A stretch of 64,000 nt of DNA from Prorocentrum cordatum (GCA_963575745.1 CAUYUJ010000185.1:1-64000), one strand, 5' to 3'. Positions 49,662 through 62,440 are shown, counted from the first letter of the stretch. Numbers and translations: made by a program. Notes: generated by a model from the letters alone, not told the origin.

Positions 49662-49809
49662 CAGGGCTGAACCTAAACGGTGTTTGTCGTTATCGTTTGT
49701 TTTCCCATCTTCCTCGTTTTCCTTCATTTTCCATCTTCTTGAGTGCAAAACAAAAAGAGAAACAAAACGGCCAACGAGATGACCAAAACACCGTTTAGGT
49801 CCAGCCCTG
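49662..49809. mobile_element. hAT-like MITE
   Basis: CAGGGCTG(A/G)ACCTAAACGGTGTTT TIRs; flank ccccagac on both sides, the right copy offset by a C run. Confidence 0.7.
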
Positions 49810-50537
49810 CCCCCCCAGACCCCCGACGATATCTTTTGTTGGTTCATAATGTCGACCAACAAAAAGTCGCGACCCCTCTCCCGGGGACTGGTTTCTCATC
49901 TCGAGCCGTTTGCAGACAGCCCCGAGGCCCTGTGATGCCCCCCAGAGGCTGGAAATAGCGCAAGGCCTTCCGAACCCAAACAAAAACGGAAGCTCCGAAT
50001 CAAAAGCTCCGACCCCCCCCCCGAACAACAAAAAGTTCCGAACCACAAGCTCCGAACAGGGAGCTTCGGCACCCGAACGCCCGCGCGTCGCCTCGGAGGG
50101 CGCGGGGCGACGCGCTGAGCCAAAGTTCCCGACCGCATCCCTCTGAGATCCGACGTCGCAAAAATGCAGCATCGCAGACAAAAACACAACTGGATAAACA
50201 CGAAGCCAAGACGAAGGTAAATTCGGGTGAACATAATCCGAGAATATGTGAGATCTGGCGGTTCTGGAGGATGTCTCGAGCGCCGCGGCCTTATCAGAGC
50301 GTTCCGGAAGGCTCCGAGAAAGCTCTGGAACGCTCTGGAACGGATTTGTCCTCGTCCTAGCCCCGTCCGACTGGAGCCCTGGAACCCATCCCTCTGCACC
50401 AAAGTTTCATGCTGGATCGATATCTGGGAGGGCTCGGGGGCACGAAACTTCGCGAAAACGCCCGGTGCAAAAAACCTGCATCGCCGGGGTCTCGGGGCAC
50501 GCCAGGCCAAAGTCCCTGACGTGTGCCCCCCCTCGTC

Positions 50538-50690
50538 TTATGTCAGGCATGTCCTCCGACAGGCCAGGTTTGAACAAACTATTTCTTGAAATCACCTAAA
50601 AGATTCAAAAAAAAAATCCAAACATCGTCCCCAGACTGTCTTTTGACTACTTTTCAGTATTCCTCCTGTAGAGGGACACGCCCGAGTGAA
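50538..50690 (+). mobile_element. MITE family A, copy 7 (diverged)
   Basis: ttatgtcaggcatgtcctccgacagg ... cctcctgtagagggacacgcccgagtgaa. Confidence 0.7.
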
Positions 50691-51803
50691 CGCCAGGCCA
50701 AAATTCCTGAAGTGTCCCACCCCTTGGGCAGGGACCGACCGTCCCGGCATTCCTGTAGGCCTACCACGACTTGTTCTTAGAACCCACACATGCTCGAAGA
50801 ACAGAAGCCATGCTCTCAGAACATGAGCCCCATGGGTTAGAACAAGACCGTCCCAGCCTGAACTGTTCTAAAAACATGTCGTGCAGACCACGAAAGGTCC
50901 TTAGCACATGCTCTGGCAGACCTATAGAGACATGCCAGGACGCCTCGCCACTGCTTGACCCCCGCCTCGTCCGACCCCGCTCTTGCCGGCAGCGGCGGGC
51001 ACGGCGCGCAGAGAGGCCCCGGCGCCCGCGGCCGAAAGCGCGGGGAGTGGCCGAATTTGCGGTCTGCTCCGCCCCCCCCCCGCCCTGGCGGGCCCCGCCT
51101 CGACGCCCCGAGCAGGCAGGGTGGGGGGGGGGGGGGGGCAAGTGCGAGTGCGAGGGGGGGGGGAGGGGGAAGGGGGGGCGAGGAGGCGGCGGACCAGGAG
51201 GGGGAAGAAGGAGGCGGGGGAGGAGCGGAGGAGGAGCAGGACGAGAGAGGGGCGCAACGGCGACGGCAAACCTCCCCGTCCTCCTCTCCTCCTCCTCCTC
51301 CTCCTCCTCTCCTCCTCCTCCTTCCTCCCCCCCCTCCTCCCTCCTCCTCCCCTCCTCCTCCTCCTCCTCCTTGTCCTCCTGGTCATCCCCCTCCGCTCCC
51401 TTCCCAAAAAACTACTCCAGAGGCCTCTGGAAGACCCCGAGGAGGCCTCCAGAGGCCCCCAAAGGCTCCTCGAGGCCCAAGATTGATTGGTGAGGCAGCA
51501 GGAGGAGGAGAGAGGAGGAGGAGGAGGAGGAGGAGGAGGGGGGGGGAGGAGGAGAGGTGGAGGGGAGGAGGAGGAGGAGGAGGAGGAGGAGGAGGAGGAG
51601 GAGGAGGAGGAGGAGGAGGAGGAGAAGTACAGGAGCACAGCTGGTCCTAGAACAGATGAATATCCTTCAAGAACATGAGATCCTTCGCCTGCCAAAAATA
51701 AAGAATAGTCGAGGGTCCCACCCACCCCCCAGGATGCACAAGAGCATACGACAAGCACGAAGAACACTAGAGTACCTTCCCCGAGCCGACCTCGATCTTA
51801 TAC

Positions 51804-52030
51804 GTGAGTGTTTTCTCATTCGGCGTTTCGACATTGGGCGGAAAGGGGGGGTCTGGCTCCAGACCTCTGCTCAGTGCGACTGTTTGCAACAGTGCGCCCC
51901 ATGGGGGAGAGACTCCACCTGCTCGAAACGAGCGCCAAAAACAACCAAGATCTACTCCACGAGGCGGGGGTGAGGGGGGGGTGCGCGGGCCCGTGCCGAT
52001 CGGAAAACCAATGACTAAAAAAATGATCAC
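51804..52030 (+). mobile_element. Family H element, 3-bp TSD TAC, nested in a family C repeat
   Basis: TAC|gtgagtgttttctcatt ... aatgatcac|TAC. The empty site is visible in the family C copy at ~47265-47290 (gatcttatacttcggtccgaccgta). Confidence 0.85.
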
Positions 52031-52883
52031 TACCTCGGTCCGACCGTAGAATAGGAGGAAGGAGGCAGAGACAGGGGAAGGCAGCGAGCAGGAGGCAGAG
52101 GCACGGGCAGGAAGCAAATCCATACCCACGGCCTCGCGGGCCAGTCCCCTCGGCCGAACCCCATGGATGCGGGTCGCTTTTTCGCGAATGGCCCGCGCGC
52201 GGAACGTGTCCACGCGACGGCGTGTCCACCGGATCGCGCCCCAGCATGCAAACCGCGAGGGCGGGGATCTTGTGGACACGATCGCCGCCCGTGAGCAGAC
52301 GAGAAGAAGGTCTGGACCACCGGCTCTCCCCCGCAGAGGGCCCCAAGGCATTCGATGTCCGCGTCGTCACAAGACGGGGGCCCAAGAAGTCCCCCTTCCT
52401 CCACAAGGCCGGTTTCTCGTCCCGACGGCCCCTGGGCCCGGGAAGGGCCCCCCGGGCCGAAAAAGGGGCCAAAGCCTTGCGCTGTGACTCTGCTCACGAC
52501 GCGAACCCAGACATGCGGCGCTCTGATTGGTCCGACGCGCAGGCCCCCCGGGGGGTCTGGACCGCTGCCCTGGGGCCGTCGCTTCGCCCTGGGCCGTTGC
52601 TGTTGCGGCCCCAGGGCCGGCAGAGGGCGCCCCCTGAGATGCGACGTTGCGAAAGGCTTGCAACATCGCGAAGGACCACCACCGGAACCCAGACCCCATC
52701 GTTCTGCGTCATGTTTCGAGCCGGGTCGATCTGTGAGAGGGTCCTGGGACCCCACACTGGGCGAAAACGCCCGGTGTGGAAAGATTGCAACGCCAGGATC
52801 TCAGGATTTCGGAACCGGCCGCTCCAAGTTTCTCAGAGCGTCGGATCTCTGGGAGCGCGTCTGGGGCCAGGGGGCGTCTAAGC

Positions 52884-53217
52884 TTAGGTCGGACATGTCC
52901 TCCTACAGGCGGTTTTTGGACGAACTGTAGTTTTGTTAATAGATGCATAAGCATACATATCTCTATATCTATATAAACATTCATTTTACTAAAAACAAAA
53001 CCAACAACAACTACAGCAGCAGCAGCAACAACAACAACTACAACAGCAACAACAACAACAACAGCAGCAGCAACAACGACAACAACCACAACCACAACAA
53101 CAACAGCAGCAGCAGCGACAATAACAACAACCACAGCAACAACAACAACATAACGTCCCCAGACTATTTCTGGCTATGTTTGAATATGCCTCCTGTAGAG
53201 GGACGTGCCCGACTCAA
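52884..53217 (+). mobile_element. MITE family A, copy 8, with internal (AAC/AGC)n expansion
   Basis: TIRs; perfect 8-bp TSD gtctaagc. Confidence 0.88.
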
Positions 53218-54227
53218 GTCTAAGCGTCGAGCTGGCCCCACGGGAGAGCAAAACCCTGGGCAAAGAAAGCGGCCTCTGGCGCGCGGCTTGCGGGGCGCCC
53301 GCGGAAGGCCCAGTGCCCAGCCGCAGGGCCAGCCGGTGCTCGGGAGACCGCCGTGGGCCCGCACCAACGGCCGCTCCGGCGAAGGGTCGCTTTCACGAAT
53401 AGCCGATCGATGCGAGGAGGAGAGGAGGAGGAGGAGGAGGAGGAGGAGGAGGACGACGACGACGAGGAGGACGAGAAAGGGGGGAGGAGGAGGAGGAGGA
53501 GGAGGAGGAGGAGGAGGAGGAGGAGGAGGAGTCGAGGAGGAGTCGAGGAGGAGTCGAGGAGGAGTCGAGGAGGAGGAGGCGCAGGAGGAGAGCGAGGAGG
53601 CAGCAAGCGACCACAACCACATCGAGGATGCTCCCTGGGGAGAATGCCAAAACTGTCGGACCACCGACACCAGCATCGTGCTGGTTGTGGTCGACGTGGC
53701 GTCCCAGGACGGCCACATCCGCCACAACCACGGCCAACAAGGCTCAGATGCCGAGGCCCCCCGAGGGGGGGGTCCCCCCCCCCCCCGAGGGGCCCTCCCG
53801 AACAAAAAGTCCACCCCGCTGTGGCTGTGGCTCCCCGCTGTGCCCGGAGATCGAGCGGGGGCCCGCCACCAGACAGTGCGCAGACTGGCGGCGCGCCGCT
53901 CCCCGGGCCCGGCCTCTCGCTGGCCCCCCCTCAGGGGCCGTCTGTCCAAGGCAGGGGCCAGGGCCCCGCCCCGGCCGGGAGCCGCGGCCCACGGGGGCAC
54001 GCATCGAGGACGGAGAGGAGGAGGAGGGGGAGGAGGAAGAGGAGGAGGAGGAGGAGGAGGAGGAGGAGGAGGAGGAGGAGGAGGAGGAGGAGGAGGAGGA
54101 GGAGGAGGAGGAGGGGGGAGGAGGAGTGAGGGAGGAGGAGGAGGAGAGGAGGAGGAGGAGGGAGGAGGGAGGAGGGGGAGGGGGAGGGGGAGGAAGAGAA
54201 GCAGGAGGAGGAGGAGGAGGAGGAGGA

Positions 54228-54935
54228 GGACCTGTGCAAACCCAAGGCCCAATGAACGATGTTGCAAGGACCCCTCCCTCGTTCCCTCTTCACAGGTCTC
54301 TACAAGGGTTCATGTTTACTGAAGGGAGTGCGCCGCCATCACATGATCCCGAATTGTGACAACCTGAATCGTGCCAGAACACACTTCCTGGGACATCAAC
54401 ACTGCGGATCAACGTGACTGTTGCGCCCTGGCAATCCTACGCCGTCGTGCCAAGACACCATTATTGGACCGTCGGCCGCAAGATCCTCGATACGGTGGTC
54501 AACTGTTCAAACGAATGCGTGCGGGCGAGAACCACATTTTGAAAAGGCACCGCCCTCCACCCGTGCAGCTTCTGCAAACGTTTGAGACGCTAAGGCGAAG
54601 TCCACATTTTGAAAACGACCCGCCGCCCTTCATCCCTGTAGCTCTTGGAAAATTGAAAAAACGAATGCGAGCGGCGCTAAGGCGAAAGCCATATTTTGAA
54701 AACCACCCGCCCTCCATCAGTGAAGCTCTTACAAACTTTGAAAACGAATGTGCGCGGCTCTGAAGCGAGAGCCACATTTTGAAAACGATCCGACCTCCAT
54801 CCGTGAAACTATTGCCAATTCTGTTTACGGATCATAAGACGGTGGGGAGAAATCAAACGGAATGCCCGACCCGCCTTGCCGACAAGTCTCGGGGTGCGGG
54901 AGGGAGGCACGACTCATAAGGAGTGAGAAGGGATG
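54228..54935 (-). mobile_element. Family E copy (reverse); more diverged copies at ~13985-14558 (+) and ~7070-7335 (-)
   Basis: Reverse-complement units ccacattttgaaaac...ccgccctccatc. Confidence 0.75.
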
Positions 54936-55264
54936 GAGGATGAAGGGGGGGGGGGGGAGGGGGAGAAGGGAGGAGGAGAGGAGGAGGAGGAGGAGGAGGA
55001 GAGGAGGAGGACGGAGATGAGGAGGAGGAGGAGGAGGGGGAGGAGGGAGGAGGAGGAGGAGCAGGTGGAGGAGCAGGTGGAGGAGCAGAAGGACAGGGTT
55101 GTACCTGGGCCACCGTGCGGGAGCACAACGCCCGGCAGAGGCCCAGCATTCGGCACCGTAGCTGGCGCACAAAGATCATTCCACACCCCAGGCGCCACGA
55201 ACGAGACGACAAGGTGGTCCAGAGAAGCCCACCCACGCCGCCGATTCCGAACTCCAATCTTTAC

Positions 55265-55342
55265 CTCACTTCCCTGCTGGCAGGTGCGCGGACGCACAAA
55301 ATTCTCGAACTGGGCGCCCCTCTTCGCAGCGTCTTCGTTCAT
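55265..55342 (-). CDS. Possible upstream or first coding exon MNEDAAKRGAQFENFVRPRTCQQGSE
   Basis: ATG-initiated 78-nt frame ending GAG|gtaaag; link to the downstream chain not established. Confidence 0.3.
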
Positions 55343-55733
55343 TGGAATCGCGGGGGGGTGGGGGCATTTCAGGAGGAGGAAGAGGAGGAGGAGGAGGAGG
55401 AGGAGGAGGAGGAGGAGGAGGAGGAGGAGGAGGAGGAGGAGGAGGAGGAGGAGGGGGAGGAGGAGGAGGAGGAGGAGAGGGAGGATGAGGGAGGGAGGGA
55501 GGACCATGGGACGTGATAGGCAAACCCGCGGCACCAGCAGCACCGCCGCCACCACCAGCCGCCACCGACAGAGGTCGTCGCCGGAGCGCCGCCCAGGGCC
55601 GACGCGCGGCGGCCGCAGTGGGCGGGGCCGCGCGCCCCCTTCGGGGCCGCAACTCTCGCAGGACGTGCGGGCGACGCTGCAGACGCCATCGACACAGGAA
55701 CGTGTTCGGCACGGCCCGCGCGTTCCAGGAATA

Positions 55734-55912
55734 CCCCAGATTTCGTAATAAAGGGAGGGGGTCTCATTTCGGGGGGGGTCTCTTCCAGGCTATCTTGGAG
55801 GGCCTGGGGGGGTCTGGGGACGATGTTTTGGAGGGTTCTCCCAGGGGGGGAGGTCTAAAACTTTTCGTCTGGGAGGGTTGAGACCCCCTCCCTTTTATTA
55901 CGAAATCTGGAG
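55734..55912. mobile_element. TA-flanked MITE with ~34-bp TIRs
   Basis: TA|C(C/T)CCAGATTTCGTAATAAAGGGAGGGGGTCTCA and its reverse complement ending |TA. Confidence 0.85.
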
Positions 55913-56416
55913 TACCCGTGCTTTCGCGTGGCCATCCCGAAAAACCTCACCACGGCACAGGGCAAGACGAGCATCCACCTGGCCAGAAGAAGGACGGGCG
56001 GACGGCCGCAATGATACCAGCAGCATCCAACTGACGATGTCGAACTCTACCTCGGGCCATCCGCTCGACACGGTCGACGGCGTCAACCTCCACGATCGAG
56101 CGTTTAGGACCACTGTGCGAGGTCACGTAAAAGAGCTCCCGCTCACGGCAGCCGGCTTGGACACCTAAGGAGGACAGCCCGTCTGCGAGAGCAACCACCA
56201 AGGAGCGGCAGCAAGGCATCTCTCCAGCGGCGGCTCCCATCCCTCGAAAATGGAGGCACGCGAGGAGCAGCGCGGCATTCCGCAGCATCGCAGAAGGCGC
56301 CACGCCCTGCAGTCCCGCTCCGCGGCGGGCAGCCGAACACATGAACGGGCCCCATCCGAGCGGCGCGGCCCTGTAACTCTTGAACAAACATAGCTACGGA
56401 GACGAGGAGGGGGAAG

Positions 56417-56516
56417 NNNNNNNNNNNNNNNNNNNNNNNNNNNNNNNNNNNNNNNNNNNNNNNNNNNNNNNNNNNNNNNNNNNNNNNNNNNNNNNNNNNN
56501 NNNNNNNNNNNNNNNN
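56417..56516. other. Assembly gap (100 N)
   Basis: Run of N; true distance and adjacency across it are unknown. Confidence 1.
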
Positions 56517-56721
56517 AGGCCCGAGCCTGATGAGGGGAAGGGTGAAGTGATAGGGGAGCCGAAGACAGGGCAGAAGGAGGAGGGGTGGATGGAGGGAAGG
56601 ATGGCTGGGTGACAGACGGCGACAAGACGGCAGAGATACTGAGGAGGGCAACCACCGTAGGGGAGGGCAGGGACACAGAAGGGATACGAGGGCGCGGGTG
56701 GACAGAGGGAGGAGAGCGCGT

Positions 56722-56779
<58 letters not shown>

Positions 56780-56873
56780 AAGAAATAGAGAGAGAGAGAG
56801 AGAGAGAGAAAGAGGAGAGAGAGGGAGAGTGAGAGCGAGAGAGAACTGTAACTCTGATGCAATACCCGAGGAC

Positions 56874-59800
56874 ATGGGCGGGCTAGGTGGAGTGGAATAG
56901 AGCTCGAGAGACGAGGATGGCAAAGCCGCGGCCTTGTCGTTGGTGTCGTTCTCGTTGTCGTTGTCGTTGTTGTCGTCCTGGGGGGCGGCATCGATGCGTC
57001 ATCGATGACCTCATCGATGACGCATCGACGCTGTTACCCGCCGCTGCGAGGCGACCCCGCTGCCCAGCTGCGCGCGGAGCTCGCCGCGCAGGCGAGGCAG
57101 CTGGCTGAGGCGGCAACCGGTGACGCTGGAGGCGTCGTGGGATGGGCGTTGCAGACGAGTAGAGAGTCGATGATGAGGAGGATGAGGGGGAGGCGGGGGA
57201 GGCGGCAGTGGAGGTGGAGTAGGATGCGGTGGAGGAGGATGAGGGGGGGGATGTGGAGGAGGAGGCGTTGAAGATGGTGAAGGGGAGGTTGGATGGCGGC
57301 ATTGCTGGCGACTGTGGCGGCCGCGACCACCTCGACAACGACGACGACGACTGCAAAGGTGTCGGCGTTTAACGATCGCAATGGCAATACTGATGGCGAC
57401 GCGGATGGCGACTGCAAAGCCGACGACGTCGACAACGCCGACAACGATGACGACAACGCACCCGCGAGCGCTGCTGCAAGGCCCTGGCGCGGCTGCCGAC
57501 GATGGACCAGAGCACGCGGCTGGGGGTGATGGTTCAGGCGGGGGCTGCCTTTCTCTGTGCTGCAATTCGACTCGCCGACGTCGTCGTCTCCTCCTCCTCC
57601 CCCTCCTCCTCCTCCTCCTCCTCCTCCTCCTCGTCCTCCTCTCCCTTCCTTCCCCTTGCGTCCCCCTGCTCCAGGATGGTGCAAGGAAACAAAAGCGGTG
57701 GTAGTTGAATGTGGGAAGGAGTGGGTTAAAGTTCGGAAGAGGAGGATGAGGCGTAGGTGGCGACGACGGTGGGGAGGGAGGGCGTGGAGGAGAACGATTG
57801 TGGTCAGAAAGCAGAGAGGAAACCGTGAGGATCGACGGGAAGGGGGATGAGGGAGGGTGAGGAGGAGGGGGAGAAATTGGGAGGAGGAGGAGGAGGAGGA
57901 GGAGGAAAAGGCGGATGATGAGCGGATGCTGAGCATAGTCAGCACGGGCAGGGTCCAGTTAGCACGCGACATGCTATTTGGCAGGCGGCGGCGAACCCGA
58001 CGGCGCGCCCGACGCCGACGTGGAGACCGTGAACTCGAGCATCACGGGCGGCGAGACGCAACTCGATCAGGACACGCAGAGGGCACTTCTGCGCAGCGTG
58101 TGGCATCAGGAGGGTGCTGCATCACCTGGTGCTGCATCATCAGGGTACTACGAGCCCGAGGAGCTGGACCCCGACGCTGCAAGCGCGGACGGCGCCGCAG
58201 GCGAGGCGCGCGTCCGCATCAACATCTATGCTGCAGAGGAGGCAGGCTCTGATGAGGATGAGCTGGCTGAGGAGGCTGGGCCGCGCGAGGAGGCTGAGCC
58301 TGGCGACGACAAGGCGGTTGGCCGCGACATGGGCTGCACTTCCAGCGACGAGGTCCCGCTGAGCCAGAGCGCCGTTTCGCCCGCGCGTCCGGTCGCCAAG
58401 CGGCGCATGAAGGGCAAGGGCAAGAAGAAGGGCAAGGGCAAGGCCAAGGTCAAGCCCACTGGCAAGCCCACTGGCAAGCCCAAGCGCAAGACGAAGGTTG
58501 GAGTCGTCCGAACGTTTACCTGGATGCTCGTGAAGATCCCCTGCCAACGCGGCAGAGGATCTTGTAGAGAGCCAAGTAAACGCTCGCACGGACTCCTGAA
58601 GGCTGCCAGGATGCAATACGCTTTGGATGAGGGCTTGGACGATGCGATCTTATTTGGCGATGACGGCGCGGAGGAGGTTCCAGCAGGTGGGCCAGAACGC
58701 GCAGGCGCAGCTGATGAGCCAGAACGCCGAGTCGCACCTGAGCCAGAACCAGCAGTCGCAGAGGTTGCATCATCGCCCGCAGATTCACCGATGCCGAAGA
58801 GGAGGCTGAGGAAGAAAAGCCGCCAGCTTGATGATGACAGCGACAACGCTCCACTCAGCCAGTCCAGCAAAGCGGTGGCACCTGAGCCAAGCAGTGCAGC
58901 GCCTCCGACCCCATCGACCATCGCAGGGGAAATCCCTCGCGCCATGACCCGCAAGAGGTCAACTGGCACGCCGTCAGCCGCACCGTCAGCCGCGCAGTCA
59001 CTCTGGAAGGATCACGGTGGCAGCCGTCAGCCATCCGTGGCCGCACCGTCAGCCGCGCCGTCGCTCTGGCAGGATCACGGTGGCAGCCGTCAGCCATCCG
59101 TGGCGCCATCGGTTGCAGGATCGTTCAGTCGCGATGTCAGCCGTGACCGCGTGGCGGTGCCAAGTTCGGCACGGGCGCCGTCGGCGCGGACGCCGTCGGC
59201 ACGGGCCGCGCCGTTCACCCCCCAGGACCAGATCGACACGAGGACTTCTGCGGGGGCACCGAACCTAGAGACCTAGAGGAGTCAGATGAGACGATGACGA
59301 TGACGACCACGACGACGACGACGATGAGAGCGACGACGACGACAACAAAGACGACTGGAAAGTAACCCTTGACGACGGAACAGGATGAATGCGAGGAGGT
59401 GGGATGGCGAAATACTGAAGATGACGTGGTGGATGGATGGGAAGTGTGGGGTGGGTAGAGGGCAGAGGTCTGGGGCCTAACCCCGATACCCCAACGCCTT
59501 GTCTCTAATTCCACCACAGCTCGCCCTTTATATCCCTGCGAACCTGCCAAGGTGTGATCGGGGCATATCGTGGGCGGTGTAGTGGCGGCGGGACAACGCG
59601 TCAACTTTTCAACGCCTCATCAGGAGGTGCACGCAGGGCGATGACGAGACACCAGAGAAAGGTTTGGCCGAGAAGATGCAGGACTTGCTGAAGTCCAAGG
59701 TGCACGAGCTCAGTCGGTCCGACAAGGAAAAGTTCCAGGCTGGCCACGCTGCCGCTCTCACTGGGAATATGACGCCGATGCAGAAAAAGTTCTACAAGGG

Positions 59801-61625
59801 TGACATGCAGTGTAAGGAGACGATCGAGAAAGGCGATGGGAACTTCATGATGCGGTCGGCATTGGGGCAACGGTTGCAGCGAGAGATCAGGCTCAAACAG
59901 TCAGTTGCGAAAGAGTACTCCGACGCCACGGACAAGGATGAGTACAAGAAACGGTGGGCCAAGAAGCAGTACCAAGGCGCCATCAAGCGGCTCAAGACGG
60001 TCACAGAATCGGTGGACGAGCAGTGGATCTCCAAGGGCATCGTGTGTTCCTTCCTCAAGATGTGCTACCACGAGGGGGGGCCCCGCGGACAGTACGACGA
60101 GGAGACGATCACCAACTGCCAGAAGCAAGCCAACAGGTGCATCGCACTCGGGTACCCCTTCGTTCGCTTGGACGACGTCGGCACCGTCAAGTACATGTGG
60201 TTCGAGCAACAGTGGGCGGAGCATTTCACCAAGCGCTGGGAGCTGAAGTCGGTGCAGGCGGAAAAGGATGATGACTCGTTCGTTGTCAAGAAGAGGCCAG
60301 CTGGCAAACCGCTCCCCGCGCCAGGCGAGTCTGATCCAGACGCTGGAGGTGACGACGGTGATGGAGATGGCGACGGTGATGGAGATGGCGATGGAGAGAC
60401 CCCGAGGCCGAAACGGGCCAGGACAGATGCCGAGGTGCTGTTGACGGAGGCCCGCAAGACGATCGTCACTGTCCAATCGATTTTGTCGAGTGCGACAACG
60501 GTCTCGAACTGCATCAAGGAGAACCCCGACGATGCAGAGGCCGAGTGGGCGTGGGCTCGCACGCCCGCCGTCCAGGGGAAGATCACGAGCATGTACGACT
60601 CCATCAACGACAAGGTGATGCAGAACCCAGTCTGGCTGAAGCTCATGAACGGCTGCGCGCTCGCCAAGGCCATTGTTTGGCTAAATTCGCCGAGTGGGTG
60701 GTTAGTAGGGGCGATGGTCAGCTTGAGCAGTTGGGCGAAGTAGTGAGGAGGATGGGAGGAGGAGGACAGGAGGAGGACAGGATGAGGACGGGAAGGAGGG
60801 GGTCGACCACGGCAAGAAGGATGAGGACAGGGACGACGAGGAGAAGGAGAAGGATGACGATGACGACCAGGAGGGTACGAGAGAAGGATGCAGACGATGG
60901 GGACGACAATGGTAACGATGAGGACGACGAAGCGAACGCGGACGAACGTCTCTCGCACCACCCCCGACCTGCCCAGGTGAAAACATCGTTCGAAGACGCG
61001 GACATCATCCTGCACTGCAACACGGGCAAAGTGGACTCCTTGAAGGATCGTCGGCCTGCGGGGGGTGGAGCGCGCGACGACGGCCCCGTGACTTCGACAA
61101 CGGCGGCAGCGAACACGGTCACGGCAGACGTGCGACGGTATTAGCGACGACGGCGGTGACGTCACCGACAGCAACGGCAATGTTGACGGCGACGGCGGCA
61201 TTGACGGCGGAGATGACGACGACGACGACCAAAACAGCGACGACGACCGCGATGACGACGAGCACAACGACGACGACCACGACGGCGACGGCGACGTTGG
61301 ACACGACATCGGCGGCGGGCGACGGCGACGACGCTGCAACATGGACGGCGACGAGACTGGTGAGTGGATTATATGCCGACTGTGCATCCCAGGTCCGAAT
61401 CAAATCCGTGGAACGCTTGGGCCCGTCTGTTTGATTGGCGCGTGCTAGGGGGCTGCGTCTGTTCACGCGGCTGTGTGCAAGTCGGCGCGCCCGCAGGATG
61501 AGGCCGATAAGCTGAACACGACGCTCCAGAACACTCTGAGCTCGAACGAGAATATCCAGGGCGTCCAGAAGAAGGCCAACCCCGCCGCGCGCAAGAAGTC
61601 GAACAGGGCTCGCACGGTGACGTGA
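56874..61625 (+). CDS. Spliced gene for an unknown ~815-aa probably nuclear protein (candidate transposon accessory ORF). Exons: 56874-56886, 57051-57119, 57985-58496, 58602-59225, 59637-60668, 60977-61045, 61497-61625
   Basis: The seven exons join in frame (2448 nt, ending TGA 61623-61625). Acceptors are all AG|G; donors are GT, GT, GT, GA, GC, GA. Strong GC3 bias. Protein has an acidic N-terminus, a Lys-rich segment (KRRMKGKGKKKGKGKAKVKPTGKPTGKPKRKTK), a globular domain (EYKKRWAKK...KGIVCSFLKMCYHEGG...CIALGYPFV...YMWFEQQWAEHFTKRW) and a helical C-terminus. The first two exons and the 105-nt in-frame intron are the least certain parts. Confidence 0.75.
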
Positions 61626-62223
61626 TTTCGCCTGAACGCCACTGTGCGCTGTTGTTGTGTAGGGGCATCTTGGTGGCGTCTGTCGCGGTGCATCGGGCAT
61701 GTGCGCGTCTCCTTCGGTCACCTTCCTTGTTTTAAATGTGTGTGTACGATCAATTCAATTTGTACACATCGAAACGGGGGTATCCTGGTGATTCTCTGGC
61801 AAACGAAATACGGATCTTGATGAAATGCGGGGGTGCGGTTTTCGAGAAGACATCTATGTCTTGCCACAATACCCTGGAGACGCTCAAGTGTCCTGGTTTG
61901 ACGTGCCATCGTGTACGGCCCTTTTGAGAGCGGCGCCTGGACCCTGGGATGATTCAGCGCGGCACTGGCTGTACAGCGCTGAGCACGTGGCATGTCGACA
62001 GTCGCTGCTAGGGCGCGGCAATGGCCACCTGTACCATGTGCGGGGATATCGCGCATGGGGTGCAATGTTTCTCTTTTTAGGTCGAGCGGTTGCACCTAGG
62101 GACGACGACGGCGACGCCGAATGCGTGCACATGTGCTCACCTGACGACATGTCACCCCCAAACACCAACATTCCCACACATTCTGCAAAATTATCGTGCG
62201 CGTCGTGTCCGGACTGCGCGCGC

Positions 62224-62440
62224 TACCGATGACCCACCGATGACCTACCGATGACGCGTCATCGATGAGCTCATCGATGAGCTCATCGATGAGCTCATCG
62301 ATGACCTGCCCCAAACCATATATATATATACGAAAAGTGCGATGTCGCATCGATGACTTACCGATGACCATCGATGTCCTACCGATGATCCACCGATGAC
62401 CCACCGATGACCCACCGATGACCTACCGATGACACGCCGA
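62224..62440. repeat. Array of 11-bp C(C/T)ACCGATGAC and palindromic 12-bp GCTCATCGATGA units
   Basis: Direct reading; a related palindrome lies at 56988-57031. Confidence 0.85.

Noticed and set aside
56143..56991. ORFs spanning the N run
   Set aside because: Artefacts of the assembly gap and the (GA)n tract.
59226..59276. End of the 57978-59276 ORF and start of the 59664-60743 ORF as two separate genes
   Set aside because: An in-frame CAG|ga...cag|GGC splice (59225>59637) joins them; the ORF tails are intronic read-through.
61736..62232. Short ORFs between ORF1 and the transposase
   Set aside because: No GC3 bias or recognisable motif, overlapping frames and no convincing splice chain; possibly UTR or intergenic, though a small gene cannot be excluded.
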